Shown piece after piece: positions 1 to 7,408 of a stretch of DNA of 18,637 nucleotides. Source of the DNA: Clostridia bacterium (GTDB lineage Bacteria > Bacillota > Clostridia > TANB77 > CAG-508); NCBI GenBank assembly GCA_030539155.1, contig JAUNSP010000002.1:34081-52717 (forward strand), written 5' to 3'. Both the position numbers and the translations under genes were made by a program. Under the pieces are notes generated by a model. It saw only the letters and a program-made list of their open reading frames with translations. It was not told the DNA's origin and made no database searches. Within the stretch, counting starts at the first letter, position 1, and each line of letters begins with the position of its first letter.

Positions 1-113
1 GAGCGAGTATACATAATATCTTGTTTTAGTGGTAATCTATATACTGCAAGAGTTAAAAAGCTTCCAAACACTGTACCAATCATAAATATCAAAAGATATA
101 TAATTACGTTCAT
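1..113 (-). CDS. Prepilin peptidase (PilD-like), N-terminal fragment running off the window edge
   Basis: Minus-strand ATG at 111-113 follows an AGGAAA Shine-Dalgarno. Hand translation MNVIIYLLIFMIGTVFGSFLTLAVYRLPLKQDIMYTR resembles the N-terminal TM helix plus GSFLN..YRLP motif of A24 prepilin peptidases. Adjacent to pilin and PilMNO genes. Confidence 0.5.
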   Translation of the reverse strand, partial: MNVIIYLLIFMIGTVFGSFLTLAVYRLPLKQDIMYTR

Positions 114-147
114 ATTTGTTTCCTTTCTTTTTCTTAATTTAAAATTA

Positions 148-191
148 AGAGGTTACTCTTAAAATTTTTAACAGTAACCTCTGTTTTTTTT
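148..191. terminator. Bidirectional rho-independent terminator between the pilin gene and pilD
   Basis: Perfect 10-bp stem AGAGGTTACT (148-157) / AGTAACCTCT (173-182) with a 15-nt loop. T8 follows on the plus strand (184-191); a U-rich TTAATTTTAAATT follows on the minus strand. Confidence 0.45.
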
Positions 192-200
192 GTTAAATTA

Positions 201-428
201 CTATTCAAAGTCTCCATCAACATTTGCAGTAAGATCAGCATTAAGATTATCTAACATTGTACTTTCGTTTGTTGCTGCTGCCTCATACTCAGTTTTTGCG
301 TCTTTAGCTTTGTTGAATATTCCATTCTCTCCTAATGTTAAGTTAATAGCGATTCCTGCTAATATTAACATTACAACGATTGTAATAACTAAAGCTACTA
401 AAGTAATACCTTTATTGTTTTTTAACAT
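201..428 (-). CDS. Short type IV pilin / pseudopilin-like protein (75 aa)
   Basis: N-terminus MLKNNKG|ITLVALVITIVVMLILAGIA looks like a class III (prepilin) signal: short basic leader, Gly at -1, then a long hydrophobic helix. GGAAGAGG SD upstream of the ATG. Lies in a pil cluster. Confidence 0.7.
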   Translation of the reverse strand: MLKNNKGITLVALVITIVVMLILAGIAINLTLGENGIFNKAKDAKTEYEAAATNESTMLDNLNADLTANVDGDFE

Positions 429-491
429 GTAAATTCACCTCTTCCTTTTTTTAAGTTTATATATATATTTATAAAAATATATAACTAAATT

Positions 492-941
492 TTATTTGGT
501 ACTTTTATTTTCATAAAGCGTACCTTCTGTATTTTTCTCCGATGTTTGATTATCGGTTACTTGCTTAACATTGTTATATCCTTGTTCTTTAACTTCTTGG
601 ACCTTTTCTGCATTGGTATCTTGTGGAGTTTCCTCTTCGTACTCTGCAAAAGGGTCAACCTTTCCCGGATTATAACTTTGCGTTTGCTTATATAAACTTA
701 AGTCTGAACCATCAATTGTATATACTATATTTGTTTTTTCCAAACTTTTTATTTCTGCTATTTCATCTAATTCTGCTTGTATATCCTCTGGTATTTCGTA
801 TGAGGTTTCTACAGGTATTATTTTATTTGACGCAACACTTTCATAAAATATTATTCCTAAAACAAGTACTATAACTACCGCACACAAAGCTGTTATTATT
901 ATTTCTTTCATCACATCTTTCATCTTACCCATCGCCTCCAT
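492..941 (-). CDS. Membrane-anchored hypothetical protein in the pilus cluster
   Basis: 149-aa ORF with one N-terminal TM helix (IIITALCAVVIVLVLGIIF) and an acidic, low-complexity tail, packed between the PilO-like and pilin genes. The start is ambiguous: an internal GGAGG suggests a downstream in-frame ATG may be the real one. Confidence 0.5.
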   Translation of the reverse strand: MEAMGKMKDVMKEIIITALCAVVIVLVLGIIFYESVASNKIIPVETSYEIPEDIQAELDEIAEIKSLEKTNIVYTIDGSDLSLYKQTQSYNPGKVDPFAEYEEETPQDTNAEKVQEVKEQGYNNVKQVTDNQTSEKNTEGTLYENKSTK

Positions 942-945
942 TTCT

Positions 946-1737
946 TTATCTAGTAGTCGTATTATTTACATTTTCTTTATTTTTTGAATTATTAGTTGTA
1001 TTTGCCTTATCAGTTTCATTAGCTGATGCGTTACTATTGTCTTGTTCATTATTTTCTGTATTTTCATTACTTTCTTCATTTTGCGTCTTTTCCTTGTTTG
1101 CTTCTGTTTCTACACTGGTAGATGATGATGTGTTTGCTTCTAATAATGAAGCCTCATCTATTACTACATTGTTTACTTCAAATGTTGCTTCACCCTTTGT
1201 TAGTTTGAAATTTTCTATTGTAAATCCTAAATCCATATCTTCTTCCAGATTATATATAAAATCTATAATAGAAACATAACTTCCTTTAATATTAAAGTTT
1301 AACTTACATGTTGCTGCTTTTTCTGATTCTTGAAGATTTTTTTGTGATATTTCAAATTTAACATTCACGCCTTGTTTCGTAGCATAATTTCCAATTCTTG
1401 TCCACAAAAATTCTATTTCAAATTTTTCTTTATTATTTGCTGCTAATATTTGCTCGTTATCAGTTAAATTAACATAGTCTAAGTAATCTTGTTTAGCCTT
1501 TATTAATTTTTTCGCCTCATCATTTAAACCCGCCATCGCCTTTGGATGATCCTCATCTATTAATTTATTAGTTTCTTTAATATTTGTATCTAACTGTTTG
1601 CTTGCTTGACTTATTTCTTTAAATCCAGCAATCCTTATAACGCCTATTTTTAATGATTTAAAAGTCATTTGATATATACATATTAAAAATAAAATTATTG
1701 CAATTAATATTAATAATGGTTTCAATATCTTTTTCAT
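946..1737 (-). CDS. PilO-like pilus assembly protein with an N/T/E-rich low-complexity C-terminal tail
   Basis: N-terminal TM helix, a coiled-coil region, then a segment (KLNFNIKGSYVSIIDFIYNLEE..FTIENFKL) matching the PilO pattern. Overlaps the stop of the upstream PilMN gene by 4 nt, suggesting translational coupling. Confidence 0.55.
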   Translation of the reverse strand: MKKILKPLLILIAIILFLICIYQMTFKSLKIGVIRIAGFKEISQASKQLDTNIKETNKLIDEDHPKAMAGLNDEAKKLIKAKQDYLDYVNLTDNEQILAANNKEKFEIEFLWTRIGNYATKQGVNVKFEISQKNLQESEKAATCKLNFNIKGSYVSIIDFIYNLEEDMDLGFTIENFKLTKGEATFEVNNVVIDEASLLEANTSSSTSVETEANKEKTQNEESNENTENNEQDNSNASANETDKANTTNNSKNKENVNNTTTR

Positions 1738-3425
1738 GGCAATTCTCCTTCTATAGTTACTTCTATAACTTCACCTTGTTTTACACCTGCACTTGAAATT
1801 ACTGTATTTGTTCTTAAGATACCATCAGTTTTTAATTTTGCCTTCAAATATCCTAGATACTCATATTTTTTTGATTTAGCATTTATTTTTGCCTTATATA
1901 CGGTATTGTTTTCTGAAGTAACTTCTGTATTAATATCTATTGAAGTTATCGTAACCTCTTGTGGTATTATAGACATGATCTCGTTTAAAAGTATTGATAT
2001 TGCATTTTTCTTCCTAGTTTTGTCCATATACTCATTTTCAATTTTTTCTAATTGTTGTTTGTTTTTTTCATATTCACTAGTTTTACTTTGAACATCACTA
2101 ATATTCTTTTGTAATTGACTTATTTTAGTTGTTGTATTCTCTTTTACTTCATTTATTTTTGTCTGTTTATTGTTTATTTGTCTAATAGCATTTGCAGACA
2201 TACATCCGTAAATAAGTGCAAAGCACGCTAATACTGATAATACTCTTGTCATCCAAATACTTACATCTTTGTTTCCAAAGATTTTTTCGATAAAAGTTCT
2301 TCCTTTTATGAATGTATCGTTTCCTCTTTTATCCTTTTGAGACTTATCACCTTTTCCCCCTAATTTTAATTCAATTCTATCTACTGGGAAAGTTAGTACT
2401 TCTCTTATCTTTTTAAAAGTATCCTGTTTCTTGAAATTCATCTCCTTGATTCCAAAACCTAATCCTTGCATTGCTATTGCTACTGCTGAATTTACTTCTA
2501 TAAAATCCTTCATGTTCACTTTCATTTTTTCATTTAGAAAGAATGGTCTTAATATTTCACATTTTAAATCTAAGAAATTTTCTTGGAAAAATAAATCTAT
2601 ATTATTTATAACCACACCAGTTCCTGTAATATATATTTTTTCAAAATTTTCTTTATAGTCATCCATTTCTTGTTTTACTTCTTCAATCATTTTGGAAAGC
2701 TCTAAAGTAATTTGTTCTAAATATATATTATTTTCTTCTTCCTGTAATTCCTGACTTTCTGATATATACATAGTTATATTCTTAAGTATTTCATACGCCT
2801 TTAAAAACGAATTTTCCCTCATATTCATGTCTTCTAATGTTTTACCTAAGTTGTTTTGCATTCTTTTAACACTATATATACTACCATTTATAATTGTAGT
2901 CAATGTTGTATCACTTTCTAAATTTAATATCATTATATTTTCTTTTTCTTTAATTTCCGCTATATTTACTATTCCTATTGGTAATGGTACTATTCCTGAT
3001 ATCTTTTGTTCTCCGAATTGTTGTAATATTTTATTTATCTCAAGTTTATTAATGTATGTTAAAATTGTTCTAAGCTTATCTTTTTCATTAAGCATGTTCG
3101 TTAAAGCATATCTAGATACCAAAGAATTTATGTTAAATCCTTTTTCTGAACAATAAGATTCAAATTCTGTATTAACAGCTTTTTTTAAATCAACTTTATT
3201 TAGCAAACTAAACATTTTAAAATACTTATACTCTTCTTTTGATGAATTTACGTATACAGGTATTTTGTAACTAAATGTTTCTTTTATAATTTGCTGTATT
3301 GTATCTTGTATGTTATCAGAAAATTTCACACCAAAAGAATCAATTTTAATCGTATCACGTTCTTTAATGACTTTAGCATATTTAATTAAATTTTCCTCTA
3401 TATATATACCTAAACAACTAGCCAT
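1734..3425 (-). CDS. PilM-PilN fusion protein (actin-like ATPase domain + TM + coiled coil + PilN-like domain)
   Basis: 563-aa ORF. The N-terminal ~330 aa are PilM-like (start MASCLGIYIEENLIKYAKV). A central TM helix (VLSVLACFALIYGCM) is followed by a coiled coil and a PilN-like C-terminus. AAGGAG SD upstream of the ATG. Confidence 0.7.
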   Translation of the reverse strand: MASCLGIYIEENLIKYAKVIKERDTIKIDSFGVKFSDNIQDTIQQIIKETFSYKIPVYVNSSKEEYKYFKMFSLLNKVDLKKAVNTEFESYCSEKGFNINSLVSRYALTNMLNEKDKLRTILTYINKLEINKILQQFGEQKISGIVPLPIGIVNIAEIKEKENIMILNLESDTTLTTIINGSIYSVKRMQNNLGKTLEDMNMRENSFLKAYEILKNITMYISESQELQEEENNIYLEQITLELSKMIEEVKQEMDDYKENFEKIYITGTGVVINNIDLFFQENFLDLKCEILRPFFLNEKMKVNMKDFIEVNSAVAIAMQGLGFGIKEMNFKKQDTFKKIREVLTFPVDRIELKLGGKGDKSQKDKRGNDTFIKGRTFIEKIFGNKDVSIWMTRVLSVLACFALIYGCMSANAIRQINNKQTKINEVKENTTTKISQLQKNISDVQSKTSEYEKNKQQLEKIENEYMDKTRKKNAISILLNEIMSIIPQEVTITSIDINTEVTSENNTVYKAKINAKSKKYEYLGYLKAKLKTDGILRTNTVISSAGVKQGEVIEVTIEGELP

Positions 3426-3466
3426 TTTTTTCTCCTTTTTTCTTCGTTACTCTCTTCTCTTTTTTA

Positions 3467-3495
3467 ATTCTACTTTTTTTTTTTACAAAAGTCAA
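3467..3495 (-). promoter_or_regulatory. Sigma-A-type promoter for the pilMN-pilO-pilin operon
   Basis: On the minus strand: TTGACT (3495-3490), a 17-nt spacer, then TAGAAT (3472-3467), about 40 nt upstream of the pilMN ATG. Confidence 0.5.
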
Positions 3496-3547
3496 CACTT
3501 TTTTTTAATGTTATACAATTGTTATATTTTTGTTACATTTTTGTAAT

Positions 3548-3579
3548 AAAAAACAAAAAAATAGAGGTAAAAACCCCTA
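3548..3579 (-). terminator. Possible rho-independent terminator after uppP
   Basis: Minus-strand RNA UAGGGG-UUUUUA-CCUCUA forms a 6-bp stem with one G-U pair and overlaps the uppP stop codon. It is followed by UUUUUUUGUUUUUU. The stem is short. Confidence 0.35.
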
Positions 3580-4374
3580 TTTTATAACATTTATAGCAAT
3601 TATTGTTATTCCAAATATAATCCTATATATTGCAAAACCTTTAAAACTTCCCTTCTTTAAATACTGTAATAAAAATTTAATAACAAGAATCCCTGATATA
3701 AAACTTACAAATACTCCTACAAAAAATGATAGATTAAACACAAAGTCTTTAAATTTGTATAATGTCGCCCCAAGTACTATTGGTGCAGAAAGCATGAATG
3801 AATATTTTGCTGCCGCCTCTCTTTCAACACCCAAGCCCCTGGCTGTTGTCATCGTTATACCTGACCTAGATACTCCAGGAATAAATGCTAACGCTTGTGA
3901 AACCCCTATTAAAAAAGTTTGTTTAAACTTTAAATTTTGATAATCTATATTTGATTTTGAAAATTTATCTACAAAATATAATATTACCCCCATTATAATT
4001 AATGCTATTGCAATTATAATAGGCGAATCTATTTCTAAAGTCTTATCTAATATAAAACCTATAATGGCCCCTGGTATTGTTGCCATAACTAAATACCAAA
4101 ACATCGTTGATTCTCTTGTTTTCTCCTTATGTACTACTTGATTATATGTAGCCTTTAATAAATTTACCCAATCCTTAAAAAAGAATATTCCTATTGCAAG
4201 TAAGGTCCCTCCATGTAGTGCTACATCGAATGCCTCAAAAGCCTCCTCAAATCCTAGATTATTTACCCAGCCTAATATCCATGGTATTATTGCTAAATGT
4301 GCTGAACTGGATATTGGTAGTAATTCTGTTATTCCCTGTATTAATCCTAAAACTATTGCTTGATATATTTGCAT
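3577..4374 (-). CDS. uppP: Undecaprenyl-diphosphate phosphatase
   Basis: 265-aa polytopic membrane protein. N-terminal QGITELLPISSSAHL and later GVSRSGITMT match the conserved BacA/UppP motifs. Confidence 0.9.
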   Translation of the reverse strand: MQIYQAIVLGLIQGITELLPISSSAHLAIIPWILGWVNNLGFEEAFEAFDVALHGGTLLAIGIFFFKDWVNLLKATYNQVVHKEKTRESTMFWYLVMATIPGAIIGFILDKTLEIDSPIIIAIALIIMGVILYFVDKFSKSNIDYQNLKFKQTFLIGVSQALAFIPGVSRSGITMTTARGLGVEREAAAKYSFMLSAPIVLGATLYKFKDFVFNLSFFVGVFVSFISGILVIKFLLQYLKKGSFKGFAIYRIIFGITIIAINVIK

Positions 4375-4387
4375 AATCTTTTCCTCC

Positions 4388-5266
4388 CTATAGCTCTCTA
4401 AATATATTGTATAATGTATCCTTTATAAACTCTGCTGATGTAAGTGGTGCAACTTTTCCTGGTAATGAAAGTGCCCATATTGTTTTTATTCCCATATTTC
4501 TTGCCGATGTTCTATCAACTCCCCCTGGATTTGACGCTAAATCTATAATTAAACATTCCTCATTTACAAGTTTTAATCTTTCATTGTCTAATATCATATA
4601 CGGTATTGTATTTATAATTATATCGTAGTCACCTAAATTTTGTTCTAATTGTGTCAACTTAATTGGTTTATATCCATATGCCTTTATCCATGCCAAATCG
4701 ACATTTTTTCGTGCTTCGCATGATACTTCGACCCCAAAGCCCTTTAACATATTTGCAAGAATTTTTCCAGTTCTTCCATACCCCATTATTAGAACTTTAC
4801 TTCCATGAAGTGTTTTTGTTGTTTCTTCCATTGCTATTTGTATTGCCCCTTCAGCGGTTGAAATAGTATTTAATATAGTCAGTTCCTCTCTCTTTAATAA
4901 ATCAATTATTTTAACTTTCTCTCTATCAACTAAATTATAAAAATTCCCTTTAACATTTCCAGCTATAAACGTTTTATCGTTTAAATATTTTGCTAAAGTT
5001 TCTAATTTTATACTTTCTTCACTAAAAGGTGTATTTATATCTACGTTGTTGCTTGAAAGTGGTATAGGCCCTATTACGATATCCACATTTGAAATAGCAT
5101 CTTGCAAGGTCCCACTTTTAATTATATTTTCACCCTTAAACAGCGAATCCGCTTTTTCTAATCCATACGTATAAACTTTAAAACCATCTTGTTTTAACAT
5201 TTCTATCAATTTAACTATTCTTAAATCTCCCCCAATTATAGCAACCTTATTTAACAATATTAACAC
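4388..5266 (-). CDS. dpaA: Dipicolinate synthase subunit A (SpoVFA/DpaA-like)
   Basis: Collinear with recalled B. subtilis SpoVFA: VAIIGGD.R, NTISTAEGAI, HGSKVLIMGYGRTGK (Rossmann fold), INTIP, IDLAS.PGG, LPGKVAP. The ORF-track start is GTG at 5266. A TTG at 5257 has better spacing to AAGGGAG and may be the true start. Confidence 0.8.
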   Translation of the reverse strand: MLILLNKVAIIGGDLRIVKLIEMLKQDGFKVYTYGLEKADSLFKGENIIKSGTLQDAISNVDIVIGPIPLSSNNVDINTPFSEESIKLETLAKYLNDKTFIAGNVKGNFYNLVDREKVKIIDLLKREELTILNTISTAEGAIQIAMEETTKTLHGSKVLIMGYGRTGKILANMLKGFGVEVSCEARKNVDLAWIKAYGYKPIKLTQLEQNLGDYDIIINTIPYMILDNERLKLVNEECLIIDLASNPGGVDRTSARNMGIKTIWALSLPGKVAPLTSAEFIKDTLYNIFREL

Positions 5267-6477
5267 TCCCTTTCCATTATCTGTTTTATATATTTTTCTT
5301 TTTCGTCCTCTTCTACGATTGGTTCTATTTTTTCCCTTTTTGTCTCTTTTCTATATTTTAATTTCCCAACTAATTCATATGTATTTTCTAGATGTTCTTG
5401 AGAATCTTTTTCCATCATAGTTAAGTTTGATTTCTTCTCTTCTGTAATCTTTATTATTACTCTATCTCTAATTTTCATAAATATAGGATTTTCCTTTATT
5501 ATCTTAGCAATATCAGAATTGATCTCTATTGCTACATTTATATAATTTACAGCTTTTGTATCCTCACCTTTTAGCAAAGCAATCCTTGCTAAATAATAAT
5601 ATGCCTTTGCCTCAACATCTATTCCATTTATCGCTTCTAAAAAATATTTTTCTGCTTCAACAAAATCATTTGATAAAAGTGCTATTTGTGCTAAACTATA
5701 TTTTACATTATAAAGACATGAATTTATACTTGCGGCTTGCTCGTAAAACCCCTTTGCCCTTTGAAAATCATTTATTTTAGTATACGCCATACCTAAACTA
5801 TAATATAGTTCATATTCTAAAGGATTGTATTTTAACGCATCCATATAAATGTTTATTGCTTCTTTATACTTTTCATCTTCGTATAGCATCTCCCCTAATA
5901 GAAGTGATGCATCTTTATATTCTGGTTTCTTATTTAAAATTTCTCTCAAACACTCTTGTGCTTTTTCATTATATTCAAGTTGTCTATTTAATTTGGCAAT
6001 TTTATAAAATATGTCATAGTCCTCTGGTCTTATCTTTAACGCTCGATAATATTCTTCCAATGCCGTACCCTTATCACCTTGTATTTCGTAATATTTCGCA
6101 AATAGTTTATGTCCATAATAACTATTTGGATATTTTGTTATCATTTGTAAGTACGCTTGCTTTTCTTCTATCTTTTTATTTTGATTTTTATATATATAAG
6201 CTTTTATGATATATATCATTTCAGAAAAATTCATCAATTTTTTTTCTAAGATTATTATGCCAATGGGAACTATAATTGATAGCAAATATAACAATATCTT
6301 CACACATATGTATAGTTTCGTCCCAAATGTTAAACTCATAAAACTAATAAAAATCCCTATTGCCTGAATTAACAATATATATATATAGTTTGTATCATTT
6401 TTCTTTATAATTTCAAAGAAAATAATAATAAATAGAACAAATGCTGCTATATTAAATATTATGCTTTCTATAATCAT
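5260..6477 (-). CDS. Membrane-anchored tetratricopeptide-repeat (TPR) protein
   Basis: About 3 N-terminal TM helices followed by repeated ~34-aa A/Y/L-patterned units (e.g. ALEEYYRALKIRPEDYD, AINIYMDALKYNPLEYE). Overlaps the dpaA start, implying the same operon. Confidence 0.7.
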   Translation of the reverse strand: MIIESIIFNIAAFVLFIIIFFEIIKKNDTNYIYILLIQAIGIFISFMSLTFGTKLYICVKILLYLLSIIVPIGIIILEKKLMNFSEMIYIIKAYIYKNQNKKIEEKQAYLQMITKYPNSYYGHKLFAKYYEIQGDKGTALEEYYRALKIRPEDYDIFYKIAKLNRQLEYNEKAQECLREILNKKPEYKDASLLLGEMLYEDEKYKEAINIYMDALKYNPLEYELYYSLGMAYTKINDFQRAKGFYEQAASINSCLYNVKYSLAQIALLSNDFVEAEKYFLEAINGIDVEAKAYYYLARIALLKGEDTKAVNYINVAIEINSDIAKIIKENPIFMKIRDRVIIKITEEKKSNLTMMEKDSQEHLENTYELVGKLKYRKETKREKIEPIVEEDEKEKYIKQIMEREC

Positions 6478-6489
6478 TTTATATTTTTC

Positions 6490-7089
6490 TTACCTCCGGT
6501 TCTCAAATTTTAATTTATAATTATCTAATGTTTCTTGTATTAATTCTTCGGCCTTTTGCCTTCCTAATATTTTTTCAATCATTGTTTGTTTTCCTTCTAG
6601 TTGCTTATACACTTCAAAAAAGTGCATTATCTCTGCTGAAATATGATTTGGAAGTTCCGTTATATCTTTATAACAATTTAAAAACGGGTCCCTTTTTGCT
6701 ATTGCAATTACTTTTTCATCAGCCTCATTTTCATCGATCATTTTTATTACCCCTATCGGGTAGCACTCAACTAGTGCCAATGACGCTATATTTTCTTGAC
6801 ATAGTACCAATACGTCTAATGGATCATTATCTCCTGCGTAGGTTCTAGGGATAAATCCATAATTTGCAGGGTAGTGTGTTGCCGTATATAAGACTCTATC
6901 TAATTTAAGCATTCCTGTTTCTTTATCTAGTTCGTACTTATTTTTTCCTCCCTTTGTTATTTCAATTACTGCTACAAAATTATCTTTCTTTATTCTATCC
7001 GCCCTTATATCATGCCATATATTCAAAGTCGCATCACCGCTTTCTCCTATGATTTTCTCTATAATATCATACCTAACCTTAAAAAGCAA
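6490..7089 (-). CDS. ppa: Family I inorganic pyrophosphatase
   Basis: NIWHDI, VIEITKGGKNKYELDKETG, LDRVLYT..YPANYGFIP.T...D.DPLDVLVL are classic soluble PPase motifs. The start is uncertain. The TTG at 7089 lacks an SD and adds about 22 aa ahead of NIWHDI. An in-frame TTG at 7026 is an alternative. Confidence 0.85.
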   Translation of the reverse strand: MLFKVRYDIIEKIIGESGDATLNIWHDIRADRIKKDNFVAVIEITKGGKNKYELDKETGMLKLDRVLYTATHYPANYGFIPRTYAGDNDPLDVLVLCQENIASLALVECYPIGVIKMIDENEADEKVIAIAKRDPFLNCYKDITELPNHISAEIMHFFEVYKQLEGKQTMIEKILGRQKAEELIQETLDNYKLKFENRR

Positions 7090-7118
7090 TAAATTTTTTC
7101 AAAATTTATCCTATAAAT

Positions 7119-7408
7119 GTTACAAGTTAATGGTTTTAGAAAAAATGACTCTAAAACAAAGTAGAAAGTAGCGACACGTTGGTGTTTATATATTTTTTTA
7201 TTAATCGACGAGTTCTTGAAGTTGAAAAGTAGTAGAAAGCCTTGAATAGTTTTGAGCAACCGAACGTTTGCAGAAACTATTTTAGGCTTTCTAAAACTTT
7301 GAAACGAAGGGGAGGAGGTTAAAAAAAATATATAAACACCAATCGAGATGTGGCGGATTAATACATATATATGCCACATTTTAGGCGTTAAAAACCTTAA
7401 CCTGTAAC
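7119..7408. mobile_element. MITE-like palindromic element, copy 1 (290 bp)
   Basis: Terminal inverted repeats GTTACAAGTTAATGGTTTT (7119-7137) and AAAACCTTAACCTGTAAC (7391-7408). Perfect 8-bp direct repeat CTATAAAT on both flanks (7111-7118 and 7409-7416). Internal complementary arms at 7179-7199 / 7322-7342 and a central hairpin at 7234-7292. A related copy lies at 12212-12456. Confidence 0.6.

Noticed and set aside
440-485. AT-only palindrome (ATATATTT-ATAA-AAATATAT) upstream of the pilin gene as a regulatory hairpin
   Set aside because: It consists purely of A and T in a very AT-rich spacer. The stem would be weak, and such palindromes are expected by chance.
1037-1100. Nucleotide-level tandem repeats in the N/E/T-rich tail of the PilO-like gene
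   Set aside because: The low-complexity protein tail comes from biased codon composition. I could not find a consistent repeat unit.
3530-3940. 136-aa plus-strand ORF, and similar ORFs at 190-432, 2827-3156, 5856-6209, 6528-6848, 8556-8867, 9828-10160 and 9838-10146
   Set aside because: All are antisense to well-supported minus-strand genes. They have biased, low-complexity or hydrophobic composition typical of shadow ORFs in AT-rich DNA, and they lack SD sequences.
7059-7379. 106-aa minus-strand ORF in the recG-ppa spacer
   Set aside because: It lies almost wholly inside the palindromic MITE-like element and overlaps the ppa start. It has no SD, and its sequence is low-complexity and hydrophobic. 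It is best explained as an artefact of the inverted-repeat sequence, not a transposase or other gene.
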